DNA of 64,000 nucleotides. It comes from Gnetum montanum. Taxonomy: Eukaryota > Plantae > Gnetophyta. This document shows positions 53,201 to 64,000 of this stretch, piece after piece. The notes beneath the pieces were generated by a model, which worked only from the letters and a program-made list of their open reading frames with translations, was not told the DNA's origin and ran no database searches. Made by a program: the position numbers and the translations under genes. Location: NCBI GenBank assembly GCA_015680685.1, contig MNCI01002242.1:443478-507477 (forward strand). Reading direction: 5' to 3'. The number at the start of each line of letters is the position of its first letter. Within the stretch, counting starts at the first letter, position 1.

Positions 53201-56200
53201 TGTTGGTGTGTTGATGAGTGCCCCTTATGCCAAAGCTGATAGGGGAACACTAGTCGGGTTTTGTGCGAGGTTGATTCATACAGGACTAGGTGATCCTTAT
53301 GTAGGAGGTGACTCACACTTTGAAGGAAGTCAATTTACTAGGGATGTGCTTGAAGCTAGACATCATGAAAGTGTATGATACCGTCAGTTGGGAGGCATTG
53401 GCTACTATTATGAGGATGAAAGGTTTGGATCCGCGATCTATTAGTATGTGTATTCACCTGCAAGCTTCTAGGGTGTACTCTTTTGACATCGGGGGGAGGT
53501 TGTGGGGGTTTTCCTCCCCTGGTAGAGGCTTGAGGCAGGGGAACCCCTTGTCCCTACTCCTGTTTATTCTAGTGATGGATGCTTTCCAATATTATTGCAA
53601 AACAAAAGGCGTTAGTGGACTTGAGATTGCAAGAGTGGAGTGTCTTGCTGAGCACTACGTAGATGACACTATGCTTCTAACGTAGGCGGGGGGTCCCTCA
53701 GGCATGTGGGGTTCATAGGGCTCTTGGCGAGATGGTGGAGGAACTTGGACTAGAAATTAACCGGGGAAAGTCCTCACTGCATCTTATTAACACTAATACA
53801 AGGGTGGAAGGTTATATCCCATAGGAGTTGGGAATTCTTCATGGGTTAGCGATGGACTTGTATCTAGGGATTCCTTCGTTTGAATGGGGGAAGAAAAGCA
53901 TGTGGTAGAAGTTGATTCAACGTTTGAAGTGTTGGGTAGGGAATTGGGTTAACCATTTCCTTACCTAAAAAGGGAGAATTCTCCTGGCATCTTATGTTTT
54001 GTCAGCTATGGCTAGATTTGTGGCCTTAGTTGCAACCCCCCCAAAAGATATTGCTTAGTAGATTGATAGAATTATTTGCAATTTTTTTTGGTCTAGTGGG
54101 TGGTTGGGGGGGTGTGTAGTTGCATTCATTTAGTTGGCTGGGGTACCATTGCTCACCCTCGAGAAGCGGGGGGATTGGGGATATTTGAATTTAAAGAAAA
54201 ACTTTTGTTGGGGCATCAATGGCTTGTGATGTGATTCGTCCAACACATGGGAGGAACTGCACAATGGATTCAAATCATGGCAAACAACATGTGTTGGGAG
54301 GTGGGGCAGTGTGCCTCTTTATTATGGAAGACATTTTGTGTTCATGTGTAGCTTGCGTTCATGCATAGATGGTTGGGGGAGACCCCACAGAAAATTGTTC
54401 AGGCTTTGTACTTGCAGTTATTGGCTGGAGGGATATTTGGTAGGGCCGATTACCAAAGAAAATCAAAATGTTTCTCTAGTTAATTGCACATAATGTGCGA
54501 CCTATGCACATGGTTCCTCATTGGCGGGGCTTAGGAATTAATGATACTTGCCCATTATGTTTAAATAATCTCGAGACGGTGTTGCACTTTACTTACCAAT
54601 GCCCATACATGCAAGAGACATGGTAGGCTGTGTGTTTGCATGGGTAGGTGAATTTTAATGGTGGCTCTATGGCAAGGTTACTGCTATGGGAGATTTGAAA
54701 GGTGTGCAATTACATTGTTTTTTGGTCACAAAGGATCCCACCACTTGCGCAGATTGTTTTCTCTACACGTTGTACGTGGCAGGAACTCACTACTACCATG
54801 GTTGTGGCCCCTACATTTGAGCTGGCTTGTGCAGCATTTCAGGAGAATGTGGAGCTCTAGCAAATGGTGGTGAGAATTGGATGGGATGAGTTGTTGCCTA
54901 GGCTAGAGGGAGACCCGACTTTGGTAAATGATCCTTTTTATCGCAACTATTGTGATGATGCTACCATCTTTTGAGGCACTAGAATTATCTTGATTGAGGT
55001 AGCATTGGCCATGTACTTGGGAATCACTGCCATGGGGGAACTGGTGATGCCTACATCATGTGGGCTCTAGGATGCCAAGATTTTCTTCAATGGTGTTGTG
55101 CCACGTATGCACAGTGGGAAATTGCCAAAGTTGACATTGCCACTAATCTAGTGTCAAGCTGCTGATTTGGTGGACAGGTTCTTTGTCCAATTTGGTAATT
55201 CGTCCAAGCTGCAAGGGACATGTTTTGCCCTACTTAAGTGCTTGAGGCTTGAGTGAAGAGTAAATTTGCCAAAAAAAAATTTTGAATCATTGTGCAAGCA
55301 ATGTAGAGGGTGTCACTATGGGCTCATTATTGTGCTTTGGAGGGCCACTATGCCTGGGCCGCCGTTGCAACCATCATTGGGAACTGGGCCATTGTGCCAT
55401 ATGGTTTATGTTTGCCAACTAGTAGAAAGGAGAAGGGTCAAGCCGCAGAGAGAGAAGAAACTGTCTATGGCAATGCTAGTTTCTACTGAGCTGGAGGGCT
55501 CAAGCATGGGCACGATCCCAACTCAATCGAAGGAGATGTTGCAATTTGCAAAAGAGGCTATGGATACAACAAGGGCAAATGAGCATCGTCTCTAGGAAGT
55601 CAAGTGGAATGCCAAAGAAGAGGCGTTTCAACGCATGCAGGCTCAACAGGAGGAGGACTTTAGGGGAAGAGAATGTGAGCGAGAGGATGAGTTTAAGGAA
55701 AGGGAGTAGGATCTGATGTGGCAATAGGAGCTTTGCGAGGCAAGTGCTAGGGCAATCCTTTTGGATCAACTGAGCGCTTAGGTTAGGGAGGAACTCGAGC
55801 ATGAGGAGTAGGAATGGCAGGAGTGGGAGCGATTGGAGCAGGCAGTGTGGCAACAAGAGCTTGAGGAAGCAAAGCAAATGCACAAACAAATCGAGTAGGC
55901 GCGCATGCCTAGAATGCCTGTATGTGTCTTTGTAGGGATCTTTGCCCCTATCTCTTGTTGAATATCAATCGCAAGTCTCCATGGTCCGCTCTTCGTTGAC
56001 ATATTCGCCGAACTTCTTCTAGGTTGCATCTTGATGGGGAGGATTTGGTGGTGGTGCATGCTCAGCAGGAGGCCATCTTCAAGGATGTTGAGGAGGTGGC
56101 TGTCAGTTTTGAGCATCACTGTGAAGTGCTCAACAATATACATAACTAGGAAATTCCTGACTGCCCTTGTCGGAATCTGCCAGTGTGGCTGTAGGGTGCT

Positions 56201-56490
56201 TTCAAGGGTGGGGTATGTGGTGGCTTGGTTTGGGGCTTGCTTGGGCTCCCTTTTGCTCTGTTTTGCCTTGGGTTGCTGTTCTTTTGGCTGTTGTTTTCTC
56301 AAAATGCAATTTCAGTTTCTTTCTGTTTGTGAAATCTCAAGTCGAAGGGCCTGTTATTAGGCCACTTTTGGGTTTGTTGAGGGAGACTTCCCTTGGGGGG
56401 TGAACCACCCCCTTTGATGAAAAAATTTGACTGTATAGTTTTCTTTGTTAAGTAATATAATCCTGAACATTATCTCAAAAAAAAAAAAAA
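50270..56490 (+). mobile_element. Near full-length L1-clade LINE copy 6 (5' UTR, ORF1, extended ORF2, 3' UTR, poly(A))
   Basis: ORF1 50621-51148 open for 175 aa (DUF4283-like). ORF2 ATG at 51709 (MKILSWNCRG), RT LKLDIMKVYD/GLRQGNPLS/YVDD, zf-RVT ~54545-54620, extension 54780-55400, coiled coil 55430-55900, J-like 55940-56110, A14 at 56477-56490. 5' boundary uncertain (poly-C at 50235-50269). Confidence 0.93.
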
Positions 56491-56528
56491 TCAGTTTCAT
56501 GAAGAGAAAATTAAGGTCAAGCCTAAGG

Positions 56529-56626
56529 TATGTGGTGGCTTGGTTTGGGGCTTGCTTGGGCTCCCTTTTGCTCTGTTTTGCCTTGGGTTGCTGTTCTTTT
56601 GGCTGTTGTTTTCTCAAAATGCAATT
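56529..56626 (+). repeat. Exact copy of LINE 3' UTR segment (~56213-56310) flanked by ~22-bp direct repeats
   Basis: gaaaattaaggtcaagcctaag occurs on both sides, with an N at the right junction. Confidence 0.75.
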
Positions 56627-58920
56627 NGAAAATTAAGGTCAAGCCTAAGAAATCACCAGAATGACAATGGTTAGAATTTTTTTTCAAGATCTTCAAAATC
56701 AAGAGGGGCCCAAGATGCTCTCGCTTTTTGTTGATAGTACCAATCCTGGTATCAAGGATCCTTGGTCCCTGTTGGTAAATCTTTTGCCAAACTGTCCCAA
56801 ATCTTTATGGGTGTTTCCAAGTCCATCTAGAAACAACTCTCATCTAAGTCATTTAGGCTTGAGAGTGTAGGCTTGAGAGTGCGAAGACTGATAGAGAGAT
56901 TCACAAAAACCAAGATTAAACATTTCACAATGTTATACATAAAAAAATCAGATTCAAAAAACATTTAAAATGATGAAAGAATTCTGAAAATAAAATCATA
57001 CTTCAACCACGAGTGAAACAAGGGAGGAACTGTGCATCCACCTTGTTTAGTCTTCAAAACTCCCCATTGAATGACCACTTTTTCTATCCATCAAGTGTTG
57101 TTTTAGTTTCATTTTTGAGTCTTTGCAATTTTTTTCATTCTCTATTTTTATATTTGTTAATATTATTTTTGTTTACCTGTGTGCTGCTAAAGATTGCCCC
57201 TTACTATTGTAGTTGCTCAATAGTAGTAGTGGTAGTTACTGTAATTCTCCTTTCCCTCTTCCTTTTCTTTTCTGCTTTTTCTTTCCTCTACCTACCCCTA
57301 TTTATTCACTCATATTTTGGTTTCGGTTTCAGTTTCAGTTTTAGTTTCTTTAATATAACTTTCTGTGACAGTTACCTTTTTTCACAAGACAGATCCAAAC
57401 TCAAGTCTCAGGTTCAATCTTCCCTAAAGCCACCCATTACAGAAAAAAAAAAAAAGACATCTTACCCTTACAACTAGGAGGATTGGGGTTCAATTCCTCC
57501 CAGGTTAATAAAATATACACTTCTGATCAATTTTTAAACTAGGAAATTTCACTTCTTATTTCACTAGAATTCTTCCATAAGAGAGAAAAAATGAAATAAA
57601 AACAGAGTACATTAGATGAAAGTTTCATGAGCAAGAGTCAAGGAAAGCATAAATTTAGAGTATCAAAGTAAGGAAATACCTTCTCTCTCAAGTATTTAGT
57701 GATACAACTAGTGTTGCATCATCCTATGAGCATTGAAAGGTCATCATGTGACCTTTCTACAACTATTGAGAGGGGACTTTGCTTCTGATTAAATAAATTT
57801 TATTCGTTCCAAACATCATTAAAGAAAGTAAAGCAATCATCCTTGATTCATAGATCAGGTTCCTCTACTTTTTAATTTCATTTATGTACATTCAAAATTA
57901 TAAAGTAGCAATGGATCATACCTGTTATCACCTTTTTCTTTGAATATATCAAGTTGATTTCTTTTAAATTCAACCTGAAAAATTCAGCTCATCCAAAAAT
58001 GCACTGATGCAATTATTCATTCTTGTTATAGTTTTATCTATCATAAATTGTGAAGGCCAAAAAGAAATACTAAATAAACAATCCCAAAATAAAATCTTTC
58101 TTTAATATCTTCAGTTTACGTCATAGTGAGCCATATTCATGTTCAAAACAGTCACACCAAGAAAACCAGGAACAAAAAAAATTCAAAAACATATCATATA
58201 ACACCCTAATATAATCCTTAAAGAAGAGGGTCGTTACATGGTAGTAATAGTGAAATGGAGTGGTTTTGAGCAATGCACGGGAGTAGCAAACAATTGTTTT
58301 CATTCATCATTAGGGTAGTCCTGCATATTTACGTTAAAAGAAATGAAAAAAAAAACAGCAAAAGTTTTTGCTATTTTTTAAAATTGTGAGCATTCATAGT
58401 AATGTTGGAGATGCAATTCCAGTAACTATGTTATAACTTAGTTTTGGTATGGATCTGCACTATTAGGATGATGAATTTAGTTTTTCTACTTAAATTAGCA
58501 GATTGCGTAATTGGTCCTTGATTATGTTCCTTTTTGACCTAAGATTGCATTTAATTGGTGGTTGTCCTTCAATGTTTTATTATTAATAAATTTTTCCCCT
58601 CATCAAATAATAAAGTGTAAGAATAACAATGAATTGCACAATTGATTCCTTTCAAAATTACAAAATGTTATAAAATATATCCATAGTTTAACTTAGATGC
58701 TTTGAACCCTAAAGCCTTATGTTAGCTCAATGTTTGGTTAAATTACAAGACCAAAATCAGCACTGAAACTCAGCCGCCACAATATTCTAAGTGGAGAATA
58801 AATGCTAAGGATGGACAATGATTCACTGATGATGCCTTTTTCTTCTAAATACTTGTATTCTTAAGTGTACAAGTATGTATAGGTTTGTTAAGCCTATTAG
58901 TAGATTTCACTTTAGTTCCT

Positions 58921-58975
58921 TATCATCATCATCATCATGGTGCCTTTACCACAATAACATGGGCTAACCTATTAA
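58921..58975 (-). mobile_element. Possible RTE 3'-end fragment with (GAT)n tail
   Basis: (atc)n run followed by gcctttacc...atggg, resembling the RTE terminus at 42815-42860. Confidence 0.35.
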
Positions 58976-59271
58976 GTTAGGTGAGTGAATTGCACTTTAT
59001 TCCTTATTGTAGTAATTTTTGAAGACTTGTAAATGGTCAGTGATACACTTTCATTATTACAAATCTTTATAATTTCTTCCTGGTCTTTTTGGATATTTAA
59101 ACAACATAAATGTCAAATGATCACAATAGGATTTTGAATTTCCTGGTTTTGTAATTTTGATGTTTCAGGCATTTTCTTTGTTCAAAGTTGTATTTGAATG
59201 GAGTAATTTTAAGTCTTGTGTCATTTATTAATTTATGTATTTTTGTTGGTTTACATATCATTACGTTATAG

Positions 59272-59314
59272 GCACAATTCAAGTCTGTTAGTGAGCATTT
59301 CAAGGGATTCAAAG
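59272..59314 (+). CDS. Host gene exon D (43 nt), WD40 repeat
   Basis: ttatAG|G CAC AAT TCA AGT CTG TTA GTG AGC ATT TCA AGG GAT TCA AAG|GTaaaa = (E)HNSSLLVSISRDSK. Phase fits exon C and it continues the WD repeat (family pattern GHKTSLLVTISRDSK). Confidence 0.85.
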
Positions 59315-59409
59315 GTAAAAAAACTGATACTCATATGTGATTGTGTTTTTTCCCTTTCAAACTTTTTAATGTTTACTTACCTATGTTGATTATGTTTTCA
59401 CGTTAAAGT

Positions 59410-62400
59410 GTTTTTTTTTTTCTTTTTGGATGAAAGGTCAAGCAAATCTTATTAACATCAAAGTACAAGCCACGTATTTACAACAAAGACCCCATCCAAA
59501 ACAGGGGGGAGGTTCTCCCCTGCAACAAGCATCCCCAAGCCTGTTCAAACACCCTACACCCATAGACCATCAACTGTGGATTATCATAGCAAAAATCGGG
59601 CAGAAAACAATGCCCAACCAGGCCAAGACCCACGTAACTACACCCAAACACCAACCATCCCCAAAAACACAAACAAGAAATAGAAGGACCCTCTACACAT
59701 GATGAGGTAGGGAGGAACAAGGGCATCGACAAGCCATCTTGAAGTGGACCTAGTCCGAAATAACCCAAAGCTACATAGAGGTAACGAAATTTGTCACTTG
59801 TTGGAACTCAAGGAAGTCTTGTTCCACCTACAAGCGATTACTTTTCAGCATATCCTTAGTCTTATCAAGGTGGTGCTTTGCGGCAATTAACTAGATATGC
59901 CTCCTCAGCTCAGCCCACGACACTTCTTTATTAATGCCCATAAGATTATATGGGCATTGACCATTCAACAACCAGTGCCTTACCTCCACCTCCTCCACCT
60001 TCTCAAAATGTTGCTACATTTGAAGCTCTTCCGAAAAAGCCTTGTTAGCCTCCTCCTTATCAGTAGCTTCCCAATGCCTCAAGTCCTCTTCCTCTTGCCA
60101 AATTTCTTCCAGCACCTATCTATGCAATTCCTCCTACTCTTGCCACCTCTTGGCTTCACGGCTAAACCTAATGCCAAAGGAGCTCCAACTCCTCCTAATA
60201 CCATCACTACTTTGCCAGCGTCTTGGCGTGGACATCCCTCATTTTTTGTATAATGACCACCTCCTAGTTGTTTCACTCTTCCCTAGCTTGTGCTACTACA
60301 TCTTCCAAAAGCTAGCTAACATCAAGATTCTCCATCCGAACCAATAGACCCTCAAACTTTGGCAACCAAGCCCCCTCCAACACTTGAGGAGCCATAAATA
60401 AAGGAGGAAGCCTCCATGTCCCCCATGCCTCCTAGTCATAGGTGGCACCCTATGTTGGAAGTACTAATGAACAATTGGTCATGCCATAATTGCCTCCAAC
60501 TGTCCTGGGGTAGGTACACAATTCTCAGTTTGTCCGTTAGCTGAAACCCCAAGGTATCCCAGTGTACCAACTCGTGTGCATAGGCATAGATATTGTGCCA
60601 CGTGTGAATTACCCAAGCTTGACACCCACAGTGTGTACTTCTGCATCATTATTTGTGCCCAAGGGGGTGTTGGGGGGGGGGGGGGGGGGGGTNCACCAAA
60701 GCAACATACCTTGTAACTACCACCAACACTAAAGAGGCCAAAAGAACTTCATCATGTTGTGTCAGAAATCAGTTAGACCAATGCTCTATATGGCCCAAAA
60801 GCTACATCACTAGAGGCGCCCAAGTAGCCCATCTATGCCAGGAAAAGATACGAATCCCAAGGTACGATTCTTTCTCTACAGCTGACAACATCCCTAAAGA
60901 TTGGCAAACTTGTTGATGGACTAAAACCTTTGTGTTGAAACAAGGGATAGCTGACTTGTTCTGATTTGGTCAAATCCCACCTCATTAGCCATCTGGGCCA
61001 ACAGCCAATTAATCACCTTGGCTTGTGGATCTTAGCCCTTGTCATAATGACTATGTCATTGGCATAGTGCTTAGCGATACACGTTTGCCCCACAATGTTC
61101 ACACCCTGGACCCCCTCCTCCCAAGATAGGATTTCATCGTATCCATAATCATAATAAATAGATATGGGAATAGGGGGTCCCCTTACTGCAACCCCCTAGT
61201 AGTGGAGAAAAATCCCCAAAGACCCCCATTAATGTCAAACAAGGAAGCATTGGTGCTTTGCATACAAAGTGCAGATGGATACCCTTTTGTAGCATAACAT
61301 CCTTCAGGGCCTACCAGCTAACCGTGTCATAATCTTTTGCAATGTCAACTTTTACACACATGCTCGAAAATTTGGCATTGTGAATGGAGTGAACCACTTC
61401 TTGCAACATGATGAGAATCTGGTCCTATATGAACCTACCCTTAACAAAACCAACCTGATTAGCTCCCACCAAGGTCGGCATCCGCGGTTGCAACTGCTTA
61501 ACTAGGACCTTAGTGAAAACCCAGAGCAACGTATTGCACACACCAATTGGCTGATAATGAGCAGGGAGCATGGGGTTGGACTTCTTGGGCAACAAAACAA
61601 TCCTCGAACAATTGATCTCCTTTCGCACCTGTCCCCATATAAGCATAAGATTAAAAGCATCAAGTAAATTAGGGCCTAGAATACCCAAAAATTCTTTGAA
61701 AAATTCAATTGTATAGCCATTCGACCTCGGAGCACTCCCAATTTTCATCAATCCTAAAGCCATGGAAAGTTCTGTAGTAGAGATGGGAGCGACAAGAGGA
61801 ATGTTGTCTTGCTCGTTAAGCACTCAATGGACCCTAACCAATAGTGGGGAGGATTCTCTCCCATACCACACAGCATTCCAAAAGGTTTGCATCTCATGAG
61901 CAATTTCCTATGGCTAGTGAATTTGTGTTATCCTCCTACTCAGCAAAGAGATCCTCTTACTAGTGCAGCTGGCCTTCGTGGCTATGAAAAAGAACCATGT
62001 GTTCTTGTCCCCATCCTTGAGCCATCAAATCCTTGATCTCTTCCTCCAATAGACTTCCTCCTCCTTTGCAAGAGCATGTAACTCTAGCAATAGACAATGC
62101 TCCTCCTCTTCCAACACCTCCCCCTACTTTTACTTGCTTTGAACAGTGGCCAATTGAGTCTGAAGCCTATGTCGAGTCCCTTTGAAGGGGTACTTTTGAT
62201 CCAGAGGTAGGTCCTTTATCAGCTTTTTCAAGGAGTTGAGACCTAATTTCAAGAAATCCCTTGCATCAAGACAAGATTCATCATACCCAACCCAAATATC
62301 TTCAACCATCTTGCGCAGCCATGGCTTTAGTAACCAAGCTCGTTCAAAACAAAAAGGAGTTAGGGTTAGCTTCCATGACAGCTGAATTGAGCACACTAAC

Positions 62401-64000
62401 GCTTGATGGTTCAAGGCTTGCCTCACCTTGCAAGTGAGATGCAGCTCCTATTCTTAGAATAGTTCCGCATGAACCCATAGGGGGTGCTAGCCACCGAAGC
62501 AACATACCTTGTAACCACCACCAGCACTGAAGAGGCTAGAAGAACTTCATCATGCCATGTTAGAAATCAATTAGACCAATGCTCTATATGGCCCAAAAGT
62601 CGGATCACCAGAGGTGCCCAAGTAGCCTATTTATGCTAGGATAAGATAAGAATCCCAAGGTAGGATTCTTTCTCTACAGCTAACAACATCCCTAGAGATT
62701 GGCAAACTTGTTGATGGACTAAAACCTTCTTGTTGAAAAAATAGATGGCCAACTTGTCTCGATTTGGTTGAAATCCCACCTCATTAGCCATCTGGGCCAA
62801 CGCCTAGTTAATCGCCATGGCTTGCAGAACTATAGCCCTTGTCATAAGGACTGTGTCATTGGCATACTACTTAGCGATACACATGTGCCCTGCACTGTTC
62901 ACACCCTGGACCCCCTACTCCCCAAGATAGGATTTCATTGTACCCATAATCATAATAAATAGATATGGGAATAGGGGGTCCTTTTACCGCAACCCCCTAG
63001 TAGGGGAGAAAAATCCCCAAACACCCCCATTAAGGTTAAATGAGGAAGCATTGGTGCTTTGCATATTGGAACAAAGATCCACAAAGTGCAGATGGATACC
63101 TTTTTGTAGCATAACATCCTTTAGGGCCTACCAGCTGATTGTGTCATAAGCTTTTGCAATGTCAACGTGTACACACATGCTCAAAAATTTGGCACTGTGA
63201 ATGGAGTGAATTGCTTCTTGCAGCATGATGAGAATCTGGTCCTTTATGAACCTACCCTTAACAAATCCAACCTGATTAGCTCCCACCAAGGTTGGCATCC
63301 ACGGTTGCATCCACTTAACCAAGACCTTAGCGAAAACCCGAAGCAGCATATTGCACACACCAATTGGCTGATAATGAGCAGGCAATGTGGGGTTAGACTT
63401 CTTGGGCAACAAAACAATCCTCAAACAATTGATCTCCTTTCACGCCTGTCCCCATATAAGCATAAGATTAAAAGTATCAAGTAAATTAGGGCCTAGAATA
63501 TCCAAAATTTCTTTGAAAAATTCAACTGTCCAACCATTTGACCTCGGAGCACTCCCAATTTTTATCAATCCTAAAGCCATGGAAAGTTCCATAGTGTAGA
63601 GATGAGAGTGACAAGAGGAACGTTGTAATGCTCATTAAGCACTCGATGGATCCTAACCAACAACGGGGAGGATTCTCCCCAAGACCACACAACATTCCAA
63701 AAGGTTTACATCTCGTGAGTAATTTCCTATGGCTAGTGAATCTGTGTTGTCCCCCTACTCAGCAAAGAGATCCTCTTACTGGTGCAGTTGGCCTTTGCGG
63801 CCATGAAAAAGAACCATGTGTTCCTATCCCCATCCTTGAGCCATTAAATCCTTGATCTATCCCTCCAATAGACTTCCTCCTCCTCTGCAAGAGCATGTTA
63901 CTGCAGCAATAGCCAACTCTCCTCCTCTTCCAACACCTCCCCTTGCTCTTACTTGCTTTGAACAACAACCAATTGAGTCTAAAGCCTATGATGAGTCCCT
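59410..64000 (-). mobile_element. LINE copy 7 (poly(A), J-domain, coiled coil, RT region duplicated in tandem), runs off the window
   Basis: T-run 59410-59427. J-like CPYNLMGINKEVSWAELRRHI*LIAAKHHLDK at 59790-59960. RT segments IVLLPKK...YQPIGVCN...DIAKAYD occur twice (60699-62180 and 62498-64000). Confidence 0.9.

Noticed and set aside
57013-57477. 154-aa hydrophobic ORF
   Set aside because: Translation of T-rich low-complexity sequence with no motif.

Overview
Plant nuclear DNA from a large, heavily methylated genome; the repeat content suggests a gymnosperm, but the taxon cannot be established from this window. The window lies inside one + strand host gene, a plant F-box/WD40-type protein. 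Four short exons are visible (28763-28860, 43093-43198, 43787-43998, 59272-59314), separated by TE-filled introns of 0.6-15 kb; earlier and later exons are probably outside the window. The introns hold at least 8 decayed L1-clade LINE copies, a full-length Ty1/copia element with TSD, two convergent copies of a Tat/Ogre-like Ty3/gypsy element, a gag-only LTR element, a solo LTR inside an RTE LINE, and a 242-bp tandem repeat derived from copia gag. Main result: the L1-type LINE family has an unusual ORF2 C-terminal extension. After the zf-RVT region the frame continues into a plant-transposon-protein-like domain, a coiled coil, a DnaJ/Hsp40-type J-domain (7 copies, each one transition away from HPD) and a conserved H-x4-P-x-C-x-C tail. 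All protein assignments come from manual translation and motif recognition, not database searches.
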